From an uncultured Planctomycetia bacterium (lineage in GTDB: Bacteria > Omnitrophota > Gorgyraeia > Duberdicusellales > 4484-171): a DNA stretch of 64,000 nucleotides. How positions within the stretch are numbered: position 1 is the stretch's first letter; each line of letters starts with the position of its first letter. Shown here one piece after another: positions 20,368 to 29,591 of this stretch. The notes under the pieces were generated by a model that did not search any database, was not told the origin of the DNA, and saw only the letters and a program-made list of their open reading frames with translations. The translations under genes and the position numbers were made by a program. Location of the stretch: positions 292,056 to 356,055 of the forward strand of contig CAZVQU010000001.1 of assembly GCA_964629655.1 (NCBI GenBank), in the 5' to 3' direction.

Positions 20368-21555
20368 TTATCTTTTCTGCTTTTTCCTTTTTTCATGAAT
20401 CCATCCTAATATACGGAAAGCCGGTAACAAAGGAAAAATAAAAAGCCATCGAAAGATTAAAGCTAAAACAGGTAAACAACATGTTTCATAGTTCCATATT
20501 TTTTTGATCCTTTTTCTATTATTAAAAATAAAAGCCTCTACCAATACAATTTCAAATTTTGTTAATTCTTCTTTCCAAGCCATTACTCTGCTTTTGTCGA
20601 CAACATCTCCGGTAATCTTTCGGGCTGTAATGACTTTGGAATTTTGATTAATAATAGTTGGCAATGTCATGTTGGGCGAAAAAGATATGCCAATAAATTT
20701 GCATATATTGCGCATAACATCTTCCGTATTAGTACAAAAATCTTCGTATCGTATAACTTTTACGCGTTCTAATCCATAGCTCGATAAATATGAAATCAGC
20801 ATTTCATAGATATTATTTATAATGCTAGCATCTTGCATTGTGTAGAATAATTTTTTAAAAAAATTATATTTCTTCCTCTTTTTAGCAAAAGTAAAATGCC
20901 CTTTTCTACTCGCCATCATTCCTTGGGGACTTCTTACTGTAAAAAGAACCTTTCCCCTTGGAAACATGCTGATAAAATCAGGTATATAATTATTCGGCAC
21001 CCGCGATTTTGAAGTAAGAGAAGCAGTCGGAGTGCTTTCTGAGTGAAATGCCCATGATTTTTTATCTTCTATACCACTTTTATCTTTTATCGCCTCTATC
21101 GCAGCTAATACAGTCTGTTGCATAATATTCTTTGGTGAAATTTTATTTTCTTGAGTAATTTTCTCTAAATTTTCCAACAACTGCCTGTGGTAAATATCAA
21201 AAGAGAAATGATCCTTCCAGTTTTCTATTCCTCTTAAATACCCACGAAGCTTTATCTTGCAAAAAGGTAGATCTATATATCCTTGTGGAATTGGAATATA
21301 TTCATTGTTGCAGTCAAAATTAAAAAGTTTCCTTTCCGTCTGTTGACCAATAAATTTGCTTCCTAAAATCCAATCCATTACCATATGTTTCCCAGAAGCG
21401 TATTTTCGTTGAGTTAATAAACGAAAATAAGGAATGTCCGGAAAAACAAACATCTCTTTATTGCCATCTAAAAGTTCACTGAACAACGTTCCGCCTGTCT
21501 TCATAGGTGTTGATATTAAAACTGCGTTTTCAAACCAATCACAACTATCTGTCAT
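20368..21555 (-). CDS. Sulfotransferase-family protein (Sulfotransfer_3-like), C-terminally membrane-anchored
   Basis: 5'-PSB-like ISTPMKTGGTLF, 3'-PB-like TVRSPQGMMAS, and VKVIRYEDFCTNTEDVMRNICKFIGISF matching the YEDLxxDPxxx...FLG hallmark; C-terminal TM helix. Confidence 0.5.
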   Translation of the reverse strand: MTDSCDWFENAVLISTPMKTGGTLFSELLDGNKEMFVFPDIPYFRLLTQRKYASGKHMVMDWILGSKFIGQQTERKLFNFDCNNEYIPIPQGYIDLPFCKIKLRGYLRGIENWKDHFSFDIYHRQLLENLEKITQENKISPKNIMQQTVLAAIEAIKDKSGIEDKKSWAFHSESTPTASLTSKSRVPNNYIPDFISMFPRGKVLFTVRSPQGMMASRKGHFTFAKKRKKYNFFKKLFYTMQDASIINNIYEMLISYLSSYGLERVKVIRYEDFCTNTEDVMRNICKFIGISFSPNMTLPTIINQNSKVITARKITGDVVDKSRVMAWKEELTKFEIVLVEAFIFNNRKRIKKIWNYETCCLPVLALIFRWLFIFPLLPAFRILGWIHEKRKKQKR

Positions 21556-21585
21556 TTTCTGCCTCTTTTACCCGACGGTGTTAAT

Positions 21586-22401
21586 TTAGCTTTCTAAATA
21601 TCCCCATCTTTTTAAATATCCCCCAAACCTCTCATTAACATCATCCAGAACTATTTTGGGTAAACCTTCTTTAAATCCTCCATACCCACCTTTACGAAAA
21701 TGAGTCTTAGGCATATCTTTTTTCCCTGACTCTTTTAATCTGCAGATCATATTATCTTTAACAACCTGTTTTGCTTTATCTTCATCAAAATCTATTCTCC
21801 ACCGGGTAAAAAGTCTTCGTAACTCACTAACTGGATCATCCCACAACATTTCATATTTTATTAATGGAACTCCGCTACTAACATATTCTTCTGCGTGATT
21901 CAACCAATTATAAAAGAGAGTCTTGTAAGACAAAAAGTATTCAAAGTAAAATGTTTCAATATCATCAAAAACACAATGCGGATGTAACCTTTTATAATAA
22001 TCCGTTTGTGAAAAATAATAGTAGGAAACAATGATATCCCTTATGTCACGTATAATATAAACTACAGAAATAAAATCCTTTCTAAAAGCCGTCATTGGAA
22101 ATAAATTATCATGGGTCATGGTTAGGGCTGTTTTACCAACATCTTTCCAAGGACCAATAATCTCTAAGTTGAAATAATCTGACAATAAAAAACAAAGCCA
22201 CTTATTGCCTGATTTTGGCAACCCCACAATTAATACTTTTCCGTTCTTTCTTTTTCTGAAATCTCGATTAACAGAATACCCATATAGGTTATATTTTTTT
22301 GTAAACGAAGGAGCGTAAGGCATTATGTATTTGCCTATGACAGGAATACGATTAAATAGCTGTTTAGTTTTTGACAATCTGTAGTATACTTCAAGTCTCA
22401 T
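21586..22401 (-). CDS. PAPS-dependent sulfotransferase
   Basis: GLPKSGNKWL (5'-PSB P-loop), IIRDIRDIIVSYYYF (3'-PB RxxRDxxxS), IKYEMLWDDPVSELRRLF (YEDL..DP block). Confidence 0.65.
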   Translation of the reverse strand: MRLEVYYRLSKTKQLFNRIPVIGKYIMPYAPSFTKKYNLYGYSVNRDFRKRKNGKVLIVGLPKSGNKWLCFLLSDYFNLEIIGPWKDVGKTALTMTHDNLFPMTAFRKDFISVVYIIRDIRDIIVSYYYFSQTDYYKRLHPHCVFDDIETFYFEYFLSYKTLFYNWLNHAEEYVSSGVPLIKYEMLWDDPVSELRRLFTRWRIDFDEDKAKQVVKDNMICRLKESGKKDMPKTHFRKGGYGGFKEGLPKIVLDDVNERFGGYLKRWGYLES

Positions 22402-22491
22402 TTCTTAACCCCCTTTTGTAGTATAATTCGAATCTAATTTCTTAGCCCCCTATTGAAGTTCTAGCTCGTTCCATAGAACTAGATTTTTTGA

Positions 22492-23469
22492 TCAGGTTTT
22501 TACCCGCCATAATTCCTTTAATATACTTCTATTTTGATCAGCAATTACACCAAATCCCAAAAAAAGTAGACTAAAAATGGCGAGCAATAAAGCTACTAAC
22601 GCCATGTATATGCTTACCTCTTTTATCAATAATCTGTAGATGCCATAACAAAAAAATAAAAAGCTGGTTGCCATTAGAAATAAACTAATTGCCCAGAAAT
22701 ATTTGATAGGCCGAGCTAAAAACATAAATTTTAAATGAGTTCTTAGCAACTTTGTTGTACGTGAACTAGATTTTCTCCTTATTTCTTTATTTCCTGACCT
22801 GTCTACATGCTTCTTCCATTCTAAATTTGCTGGAATCTCGCCTATCCTATAATTCAATGCATAAAGTTTTAACAATACCTCCAAATGAAACTCCTTGCCT
22901 CTTTCTCTTATATGAACTCCCTGGATAACTTCCCGCCAATATCCTCTTGTCATACCGGTATTCATGCTTATTCCTGGTACAAAAAATAATCTTATAAGGA
23001 AATTTCCTATTTTGCTTAACAAAATTCTTCTAAAAGGGACATTCTTGTATCCTCCTCCGCAAAGATTGGGAGATGCTACCACACAATCTAAACTAGGCTC
23101 CTGCTCAAATTTATTTACTATTTTATAAACAATATCCTCTCCCCAGCTCAGATCAATTTCGGTAGTTACAATTATATCTCCGGTTGCTTTTTCAATGCCC
23201 TTCTTCAAGGCATACCCCCTTCCATGATTGTAAGGATAGGTAATCAGAACTATATCCTCTCTATCCTTAACTATATTTCTTACTACATTGAAGCTTTCAT
23301 CCTTACTACCATCATCTACAAGAATAAGCTCCCAGGGATACTTGAGATTCGACAATAGATTAACAAATTTCTTAACAGTATCCTCAATAATGGACTGCTC
23401 ATTGTAATAAGGGCAAACTACTGAAATTTTTTTTATCTTGTGTTTATTTAATTCTAATATTTCTGGCAT
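22492..23469 (-). CDS. GtrB/ArnC/DPM1-like GT2 polyprenol-phosphate glycosyltransferase
   Basis: KISVVCPYYNEQSII..., ELILVDDGSKD, C-terminal two TM helices (FWAISLFLMATSFLFF... and ALVALLLAIFSLLFLGFGVI). Confidence 0.7.
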   Translation of the reverse strand: MPEILELNKHKIKKISVVCPYYNEQSIIEDTVKKFVNLLSNLKYPWELILVDDGSKDESFNVVRNIVKDREDIVLITYPYNHGRGYALKKGIEKATGDIIVTTEIDLSWGEDIVYKIVNKFEQEPSLDCVVASPNLCGGGYKNVPFRRILLSKIGNFLIRLFFVPGISMNTGMTRGYWREVIQGVHIRERGKEFHLEVLLKLYALNYRIGEIPANLEWKKHVDRSGNKEIRRKSSSRTTKLLRTHLKFMFLARPIKYFWAISLFLMATSFLFFCYGIYRLLIKEVSIYMALVALLLAIFSLLFLGFGVIADQNRSILKELWRVKT

Positions 23470-25078
23470 GTTTCCTCCGCTTTTTTTTAGAGCTTCTGCT
23501 ATCGCTAATAGGGTTTTTAAAAATACTAGACATCAAACGTAATCCCATTTTTGCCTTACGCCGAAATTCAGACCACTGCTTAATCTTTAAAATTTCTCTT
23601 ATGATATACCCTGGGCGAAAATAATAGCGACGAACCGCTTCATTTCTAAAGCTAATGAGTTCACCCAAGTGGAGATTTTCTTCATACACCTCTGGTATGC
23701 AAAAATTTGCTGTAGGCCTTAAGGCAAATTCCCTCCAGTAGTCATAGCTAATTATTCCTTTGCTCAAGGCCTCAGTGTACATCTCTGTGCCTGGATAAGG
23801 AATAGTAATAGAAAATTCAGTATAGTCAGCATCCAAGTCAAGGGCAAAATCGATGCTCCTCTTTATATCCTTAACAGTTTCGCCTTTGTTCCCAATCATA
23901 AAATAGGTAAGGACAGAAAAACCCTTTTTCTTTGCTAAACGGACTGCCCCACTTGCTTGATCAGTTGTGATATTTTTTTCCATTAATCCAAGTATCCGAT
24001 TCACCCCTGATTCAATACCATAATGAATTCTTAAGCAACCACTTCTTTTCATCAAGTCTAGAAGTTCAGGATCTGTTGAATTTACTCTATCTCTTATTGA
24101 CCAAGTAAGTTTTATTTTTCGTGTGATAAGTCCTTGACATATATCCTTCGTGCGTTTTTTTGACCAAGTAAAAGTATCGTCGTAAATCTCGACTTCTTTT
24201 ATTCCAAGGTCATGTATTCTTTCAAACTCTTTAATTACATTCTCAGCAGATCGACATAGCATCTTCTGGTAATTCATTTTGCAAAAAATACATTTATGCG
24301 GACAACCTCGGCTGGTAAGCATTGTGGTTACAAAATTAGACTTGCCAATTACAGAGGTATAACAGCTTAAAGGCAAAAGTGACCTATCCGGAATAGGTAA
24401 ATCGTCAAGATTCTTTTGAATAAAAAACCTCTGTTCTCCATTTTTTACCCCATATTTCTTAAAATGTAATCCGGGTAAATCATTATCAATCTTGTAATTA
24501 GCAAACATATTACATAAATACGTGAACGGTATTTCACCATCGCCAACTATTATGCTATCAACATGCTCAGCAGAAAGTGTTTCTTCAAGATAAATATTCA
24601 CATGAGGCCCACCATAGCAGATATGAACCTCAGGCATAAGATTTTTAATCAGGCGTCCTAAATGGAATGCCGGATACCACCAATCTGTCCAGGCTGAAAT
24701 CCCAACAACATCTGGTCTATGCACCTCCACTTCTTGGATACATTCCTCAAGATTAAACCCTTGGGCCTGAGCATCCAATACTCTCACCTGGTGAGGAGTT
24801 TTTTCTTTCAATAAGGTTGCGATATATAAAAGCCCCAAAGGTGGTTTGAAACCAATACTTTCCCCATGTTTGCTCATATGAGAGAGTAATGATCTTACCC
24901 CTCCAATATTAGGAGGCTGAATTAACATCACACGAATCGGCCTTGTTGCTGTTTTCCATTCGGATTTAAGGCATGCCTGATGTTCTCTGCTTCTAAATGA
25001 TACTGGATCCAGGTTCATCTTTGATATTTCCTTTCTATATTTATGAATTGTAAGTAATGCTACAAGCTTTACTGACAA
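23444..25078 (-). CDS. Cobalamin-binding (class B) radical SAM enzyme
   Basis: N-terminal B12-binding-like Rossmann region (IRVMLIQPP...LGLLYIATLLKE), then TSRGCPHKCIFC (CxxxCxxC). Confidence 0.75.
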   Translation of the reverse strand: MSVKLVALLTIHKYRKEISKMNLDPVSFRSREHQACLKSEWKTATRPIRVMLIQPPNIGGVRSLLSHMSKHGESIGFKPPLGLLYIATLLKEKTPHQVRVLDAQAQGFNLEECIQEVEVHRPDVVGISAWTDWWYPAFHLGRLIKNLMPEVHICYGGPHVNIYLEETLSAEHVDSIIVGDGEIPFTYLCNMFANYKIDNDLPGLHFKKYGVKNGEQRFFIQKNLDDLPIPDRSLLPLSCYTSVIGKSNFVTTMLTSRGCPHKCIFCKMNYQKMLCRSAENVIKEFERIHDLGIKEVEIYDDTFTWSKKRTKDICQGLITRKIKLTWSIRDRVNSTDPELLDLMKRSGCLRIHYGIESGVNRILGLMEKNITTDQASGAVRLAKKKGFSVLTYFMIGNKGETVKDIKRSIDFALDLDADYTEFSITIPYPGTEMYTEALSKGIISYDYWREFALRPTANFCIPEVYEENLHLGELISFRNEAVRRYYFRPGYIIREILKIKQWSEFRRKAKMGLRLMSSIFKNPISDSRSSKKKRRKHARNIRIK

Positions 25079-25084
25079 TATATA

Positions 25085-26503
25085 CTATCTAATTGCAGTT
25101 CTAATAAAAGCATATATAGCCATTATAAAGCGTCTAACATCTTTTAATGATCGCAATCTCCTCAGATGAGCCCAAACAATCTTCGGACGCAAATAAAACT
25201 TTTTAAAAGCTAATTTAGAAAAATGAGTGAGATCTTTTCTCGTAAACCCTTGAGGAACGAAATTTATCGTTAAATTATTCATTTTATTCCAATCTAAATT
25301 AACTTTTCCATGTTGCGCTGCCATCTGATACACCTCTGTGCCTGGATAAGGAGTAAGAAATGTCTGCTGAAAATAATCTAAATCGGCATCAAGAATAAAC
25401 TCTAGCGTTTCTTCAAGCGTCTCTTTAGTCTCCCCCACGTACCCAAAAATAAAATTACCTCGTGTCATGATATCCGCTTCTTTCGTCCACTTTAGCGCCC
25501 GACTTATCTGATCAATAGTAATATATTTTTTCATAGTCCCCAAAATTTTAGGACTACCACTTTCAATCCCATATTCTATTTGCCAACACCCAGCTTTCCT
25601 CATCAATTGCAGCATTTCTGGACTAACCATATTTACTCGCGCGCAACAACTCCAACTTATATTGTATTCTTTTTCAATGAGAATTTGACAGATTTGCCTT
25701 AGCCTTTTTGGGTCAGTTACAAAATTGTCATCGTAAATAAGTAATTCTTTGATACCATGGTTAGTCATCAAATGTTCAATCATTCGAATAACATAATTAG
25801 CACTATAAGCTCTGAACTTTTTCCCAAAAACACTCGTATCGCAAAACGTACAACTTCCTGGACAACCTCTAGAGGTTAAAACAGCAGTAGATTTATCTGA
25901 AGTAGTTCCTATTATAGACATATGATAAGGATTGGTAAGTGATGGCAATAAGTCCCATGCTGGAAAGGGCAAAAAATCCATATCTACTTCGGATTCTCTA
26001 ATATTTGTTCTGAAAATATTATCATTTTTACGGAAAATAATCCCTTTGACCTCCGCCAAATCTCTTTTTTTATCTACTAAGCAATCTAAGAGTTCGATAA
26101 AAGTTTCTTCTCCCTCCCCAATAACACCAATATCAAATTGAGGAAATAACTCAAAAGTTTCTTCAGGCACAGCAGTAATATGAGAACCTCCAATAATTAT
26201 TTTTAAATCCGGATTAGATAACTTGATGGATTTACCAACTTCAGCGGCTGCATGAACTGAAGAAGTGGTAGCTGTAACCCCTACTAGGTCAGGATGTTGA
26301 GCAAAAATATACTCAGCTGTAGACTTTAGAGACAGTTTCTGTGCATAAGCATCAATAACAGATACGGAATGACCTTGTTGTCTAGCTACTGCAGCTAGCA
26401 GTAAGAGTCCTAGCGGCGGGCTAACACTATCTACCGCAGAAAGATCCCAGTCACCGTATAAACCATCAAAAGATAAAGAAGGATTAACTAAACAAATATT
26501 CAT
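25085..26503 (-). CDS. Cobalamin-binding (class B) radical SAM enzyme
   Basis: N-terminal B12-binding-like region (MNICLVNPSL...PPLGLLLLAAVARQQGH), TSRGCPGSCTFC radical SAM motif. Confidence 0.75.
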   Translation of the reverse strand: MNICLVNPSLSFDGLYGDWDLSAVDSVSPPLGLLLLAAVARQQGHSVSVIDAYAQKLSLKSTAEYIFAQHPDLVGVTATTSSVHAAAEVGKSIKLSNPDLKIIIGGSHITAVPEETFELFPQFDIGVIGEGEETFIELLDCLVDKKRDLAEVKGIIFRKNDNIFRTNIRESEVDMDFLPFPAWDLLPSLTNPYHMSIIGTTSDKSTAVLTSRGCPGSCTFCDTSVFGKKFRAYSANYVIRMIEHLMTNHGIKELLIYDDNFVTDPKRLRQICQILIEKEYNISWSCCARVNMVSPEMLQLMRKAGCWQIEYGIESGSPKILGTMKKYITIDQISRALKWTKEADIMTRGNFIFGYVGETKETLEETLEFILDADLDYFQQTFLTPYPGTEVYQMAAQHGKVNLDWNKMNNLTINFVPQGFTRKDLTHFSKLAFKKFYLRPKIVWAHLRRLRSLKDVRRFIMAIYAFIRTAIR

Positions 26504-26518
26504 ATCCTGCGCTTAGTG

Positions 26519-27610
26519 TCAAAAACCTTTTAATATCTCCGTAATTCTTAACGCTGTCTTACCATCCCATTTATCAGGAACAATTCCTTTTTTGACCTTT
26601 CCTCTCAAAATATCTGTAATAACATCTGGTAACATATCAATTTCTTCATCCTTTATTAAAACATTCGTTCCTAACTCAATCGTTACCGGTCTCTCTGTGT
26701 TATTCCTTAATGTAAAACAAGGTTTACCAAGCGCTGTTGTTTCTTCCTGCAATCCACCACTATCAGTTACAACTGCAACAGCATCTTTCCATAAAAATAA
26801 TGATTCCAAATAGGAAAGTGGCTCTAAAGAATATATAGTAGGAGGCGTATCTAATTGAAACTCCTCCAAATTATTTCTGGTACGTGGATGGATGGAAAAA
26901 ATTATAGGGGCGATCTTGGAAACACTTTCTAGAACCCGCAAAAGTTTACTGAGTTTATTTTTGTCATCTACATTAGCAGGCCGATGTAAAGTTAAATAAA
27001 TATACTTTCCTAACTTTTTTTTCAATGGTGCTGAAGAAAAATTAAAATGAGAACTTTTCAATCTGTCTAAACCAAAAATAAGTGAATCGATCATAGTATT
27101 GCCAACAAAAAATATGTTATTAGGGTTCTTACCCTCTTTAATAAGGTTCTCTACGCCAGCTTTCTCAGTTACAAAAAGAAAATCTGCAATACTATCAGTT
27201 ACTCTTCTGTTAATTTCCTCAGGCATACTAATATCGAAACTTCTCAATCCGGCTTCAATATGAGCTACCTTTATCCCAAGTTTCTTTGCGGTAATAGCGC
27301 TGGCTATAGTTGAATTAACATCCCCAACAACGATAACCAAATCCGGAGCTATTTTCTTTAATACTTTTTCTAAAGAAATTATAATCTTCGCAATCTGCTC
27401 AGCATGGCTACTGCTTCCCACCTTTAAATAATAGTGAGGTTTTGGTATCTCTAAGTCATCAAAAAATACCTTGCTCATATTGTCGTCGTAATGCTGGCCA
27501 GTATTCACAATTATGGCTTTAAACGCTTTTGTTTCATTAATTGCCCTTACAATAGGGGCGATTTTCATAAAATTAGGCCTTGCCCCGCCGATAAAAACTA
27601 AAGTCCTCAT
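26519..27610 (-). CDS. UDP-N-acetylglucosamine 2-epimerase, non-hydrolysing (WecB-like), second copy
   Basis: MRTLVFIGGARPNFMKIAPIV..., HIEAGLRSFD, EEINRRVTD. Divergent from the copy at 1984..3069. Confidence 0.8.
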   Translation of the reverse strand: MRTLVFIGGARPNFMKIAPIVRAINETKAFKAIIVNTGQHYDDNMSKVFFDDLEIPKPHYYLKVGSSSHAEQIAKIIISLEKVLKKIAPDLVIVVGDVNSTIASAITAKKLGIKVAHIEAGLRSFDISMPEEINRRVTDSIADFLFVTEKAGVENLIKEGKNPNNIFFVGNTMIDSLIFGLDRLKSSHFNFSSAPLKKKLGKYIYLTLHRPANVDDKNKLSKLLRVLESVSKIAPIIFSIHPRTRNNLEEFQLDTPPTIYSLEPLSYLESLFLWKDAVAVVTDSGGLQEETTALGKPCFTLRNNTERPVTIELGTNVLIKDEEIDMLPDVITDILRGKVKKGIVPDKWDGKTALRITEILKGF

Positions 27611-27630
27611 AAAATATCTATTTAATTAAA

Positions 27631-29520
27631 TTAATTCTTTTCTTGGTCGATAAATGTCCTGAACCAAAGCTCGATCGACAAAAGAGAGTATATCTTATTT
27701 GCTCGCACATAATCATACAGAGTATCTCTCGACCATCGAAAATGAGAATCTAATAACTTTTTGATGTATCGAACATTAAATATTCCTCTCTCTTTTATTC
27801 TCTTGCTAGTTAATATATCAAAAACAAAATCTCGCAACTCTTTTTTGAACCAACCTGCTATAGGAGTGGGGAAACCCATTTTAGGGTGTTTATAAAATTC
27901 TTTAGGAAAAACATCTTTCATCATGGCTTTAGTCAAATATTTCAGCTCATTATTGTATAGCTTATAGCGATAGGGAATTCGCGCGGAAAGCTCAACCATC
28001 TCATTATCACACATCGGCATTCTACTCTCTATAGAATGAGCCATTCCTACCTTGTCTTCCTGTATAAAGAGAGTGGGTAGGTAGGTTTTTAAATAAAGGT
28101 AGAGTGTCTGTTCAGTGCAAGAAAAATTCTTGCCCTTTAAATATTTATCTTCTAAATTCTGCGCAGGAGAATAGCCTTGGACTTGCTTCAAAAATTCAGG
28201 AGTGAAAAGCTTGCTTCTTTGTCGTTTATTAAACATGACAAAAAGTCCATATTTAACCTCGTCAAACAGTAAGGGGCAAAAGGAAAAATAAAGAACTTTC
28301 CAAATCTCATCCGGCCTATTTTTCCAAAAGAATCGCAAAAAGCTTGAAAAATCATTCTTCAAAAGATCTTTATAAAAAGAAGCTTTGTATACCTGGTATC
28401 CAGCAAATAACTCATCTCCCCCGTGACCGGTTAAAACTACTTTTACATGTTTTGATATTTCCTTGGCAACAATATAGTGAGGAAACGCTCCAGAACCCAA
28501 TGTTGGCTCATCCAAATGATACATAACCTTTTCGATATTTTCCCTGAAATCTTTCGCGGTTATTTGAATTTCAGTATTTTGTGTATCAGAGAATTTTTCG
28601 AAAGTTTTGGTAATATTTCTCTCATCATATCTTTTACCCTCAGCAAAATACCCAGTAAAAGTTTTTAAAGGGTAATCTAAAAAATGCGGAGCAGAAAAGG
28701 CTACGCTTGAAGAGTCAAACCCTCCACTTAAACAACTTCCTATTTCCACATCGCTAACCAGATGCCGCCTTACTGATCTTTTAAAAGTATCTTTATAAAT
28801 TTCTGAAGCTTCGTTGATATCGCTAAAAGAATATCGATTATTAAAGTCCAGATCCCAATATCTCTTAAATTCCAAACAACCATTATGAATTTTTAAAAAA
28901 TAACCAGGAAGAAGCTTGTAAATATCTTTAAAAAATGTTTTTTCGTCAATGGTATTTTGAAAAGTTGTAAAGTCTACAATAGTATGCAAATTAGGAGCTC
29001 TCTCGACAGACGGATAAAGCAAAATGGCCTTAATTTCCGATGCCCATACAAATACGCCATCTTTATGCCAGTAATAGAGCGGTTTCATGCCAATTCTGTC
29101 GCGGACAAGATAAAGTAAATTTTTATTTCGATCATAAAGAGATATGGCAAACATCCCGCTTAAGCGTGTAAATACGTTCTCGCCCCACTCTTCATATCCA
29201 TGAATAATCACTTCGGTATCAGATTCTGTAGAAAACTTATGTCCATCTTTAATAAGAATCTTCCTTAGCTCCTGGTAATTATAGATTTCACCATTATAAG
29301 CTATTACAATCGATGCATCCTCATTAAACATAGGCTGTCTACCTTTCTCTAAGTCAATGATAGCCAAACGCCTATGCCCTATTAAACAATGACTATCTTC
29401 GTATGCGCCTTCACCATCTGGGCCTCTATGCTTCAGTAAATCCGACATCTTCCTTAAAACGATTTTATCGTTTCGGCCAATTAATCTGCTGGATTTAAAT
29501 ATTCCTACTATGCCACACAT
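27631..29520 (-). CDS. Asparagine synthase (glutamine-hydrolysing)-family amidotransferase (WbpS/AsnB-like)
   Basis: N-terminal MCGIVGIF (Ntn Cys2 glutaminase), SGGFDSS PP-loop ATP pyrophosphatase motif (CLSGGFDSSSVA), 629 aa. Confidence 0.8.
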   Translation of the reverse strand: MCGIVGIFKSSRLIGRNDKIVLRKMSDLLKHRGPDGEGAYEDSHCLIGHRRLAIIDLEKGRQPMFNEDASIVIAYNGEIYNYQELRKILIKDGHKFSTESDTEVIIHGYEEWGENVFTRLSGMFAISLYDRNKNLLYLVRDRIGMKPLYYWHKDGVFVWASEIKAILLYPSVERAPNLHTIVDFTTFQNTIDEKTFFKDIYKLLPGYFLKIHNGCLEFKRYWDLDFNNRYSFSDINEASEIYKDTFKRSVRRHLVSDVEIGSCLSGGFDSSSVAFSAPHFLDYPLKTFTGYFAEGKRYDERNITKTFEKFSDTQNTEIQITAKDFRENIEKVMYHLDEPTLGSGAFPHYIVAKEISKHVKVVLTGHGGDELFAGYQVYKASFYKDLLKNDFSSFLRFFWKNRPDEIWKVLYFSFCPLLFDEVKYGLFVMFNKRQRSKLFTPEFLKQVQGYSPAQNLEDKYLKGKNFSCTEQTLYLYLKTYLPTLFIQEDKVGMAHSIESRMPMCDNEMVELSARIPYRYKLYNNELKYLTKAMMKDVFPKEFYKHPKMGFPTPIAGWFKKELRDFVFDILTSKRIKERGIFNVRYIKKLLDSHFRWSRDTLYDYVRANKIYSLLSIELWFRTFIDQEKN

Positions 29521-29591
29521 AAGAACTTAAGATAAAAATTTCCGCTTTCTCTCATTAGGGGGGTTAAACTCTTCAATTAAAAATAAGACGT

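Noticed and set aside
22401-22455. Short direct repeat tttcttaaccccctttt / tttcttagccccctatt just upstream of the sulfotransferase start
   Set aside because: Only about 16 bp with mismatches. It could be part of a promoter/RBS context, but it is too short and imperfect to call a repeat element.
22457-22488. Hairpin AGTTCTA-(10 nt)-TAGAACT followed by TTTTTT, between the sulfotransferase and the GtrB-like gene
   Set aside because: The stem-loop plus T-run is oriented as a plus-strand intrinsic terminator, but all genes here are on the minus strand. On the minus transcript the U-run would precede the hairpin. It may have some structural role, but it is not supported as a terminator for the annotated genes.
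1984-27610. Two WecB-type UDP-GlcNAc 2-epimerase genes (1984..3069 and 26519..27610) as a recent duplication or repeat
   Set aside because: The two proteins are clearly divergent: they differ across the N-terminus and in the HxEAG block (HLEAGNRCYDD vs HIEAGLRSFD). This is consistent with distinct substrates (FnlC-type vs WecB-type) rather than a repeat or assembly duplication.
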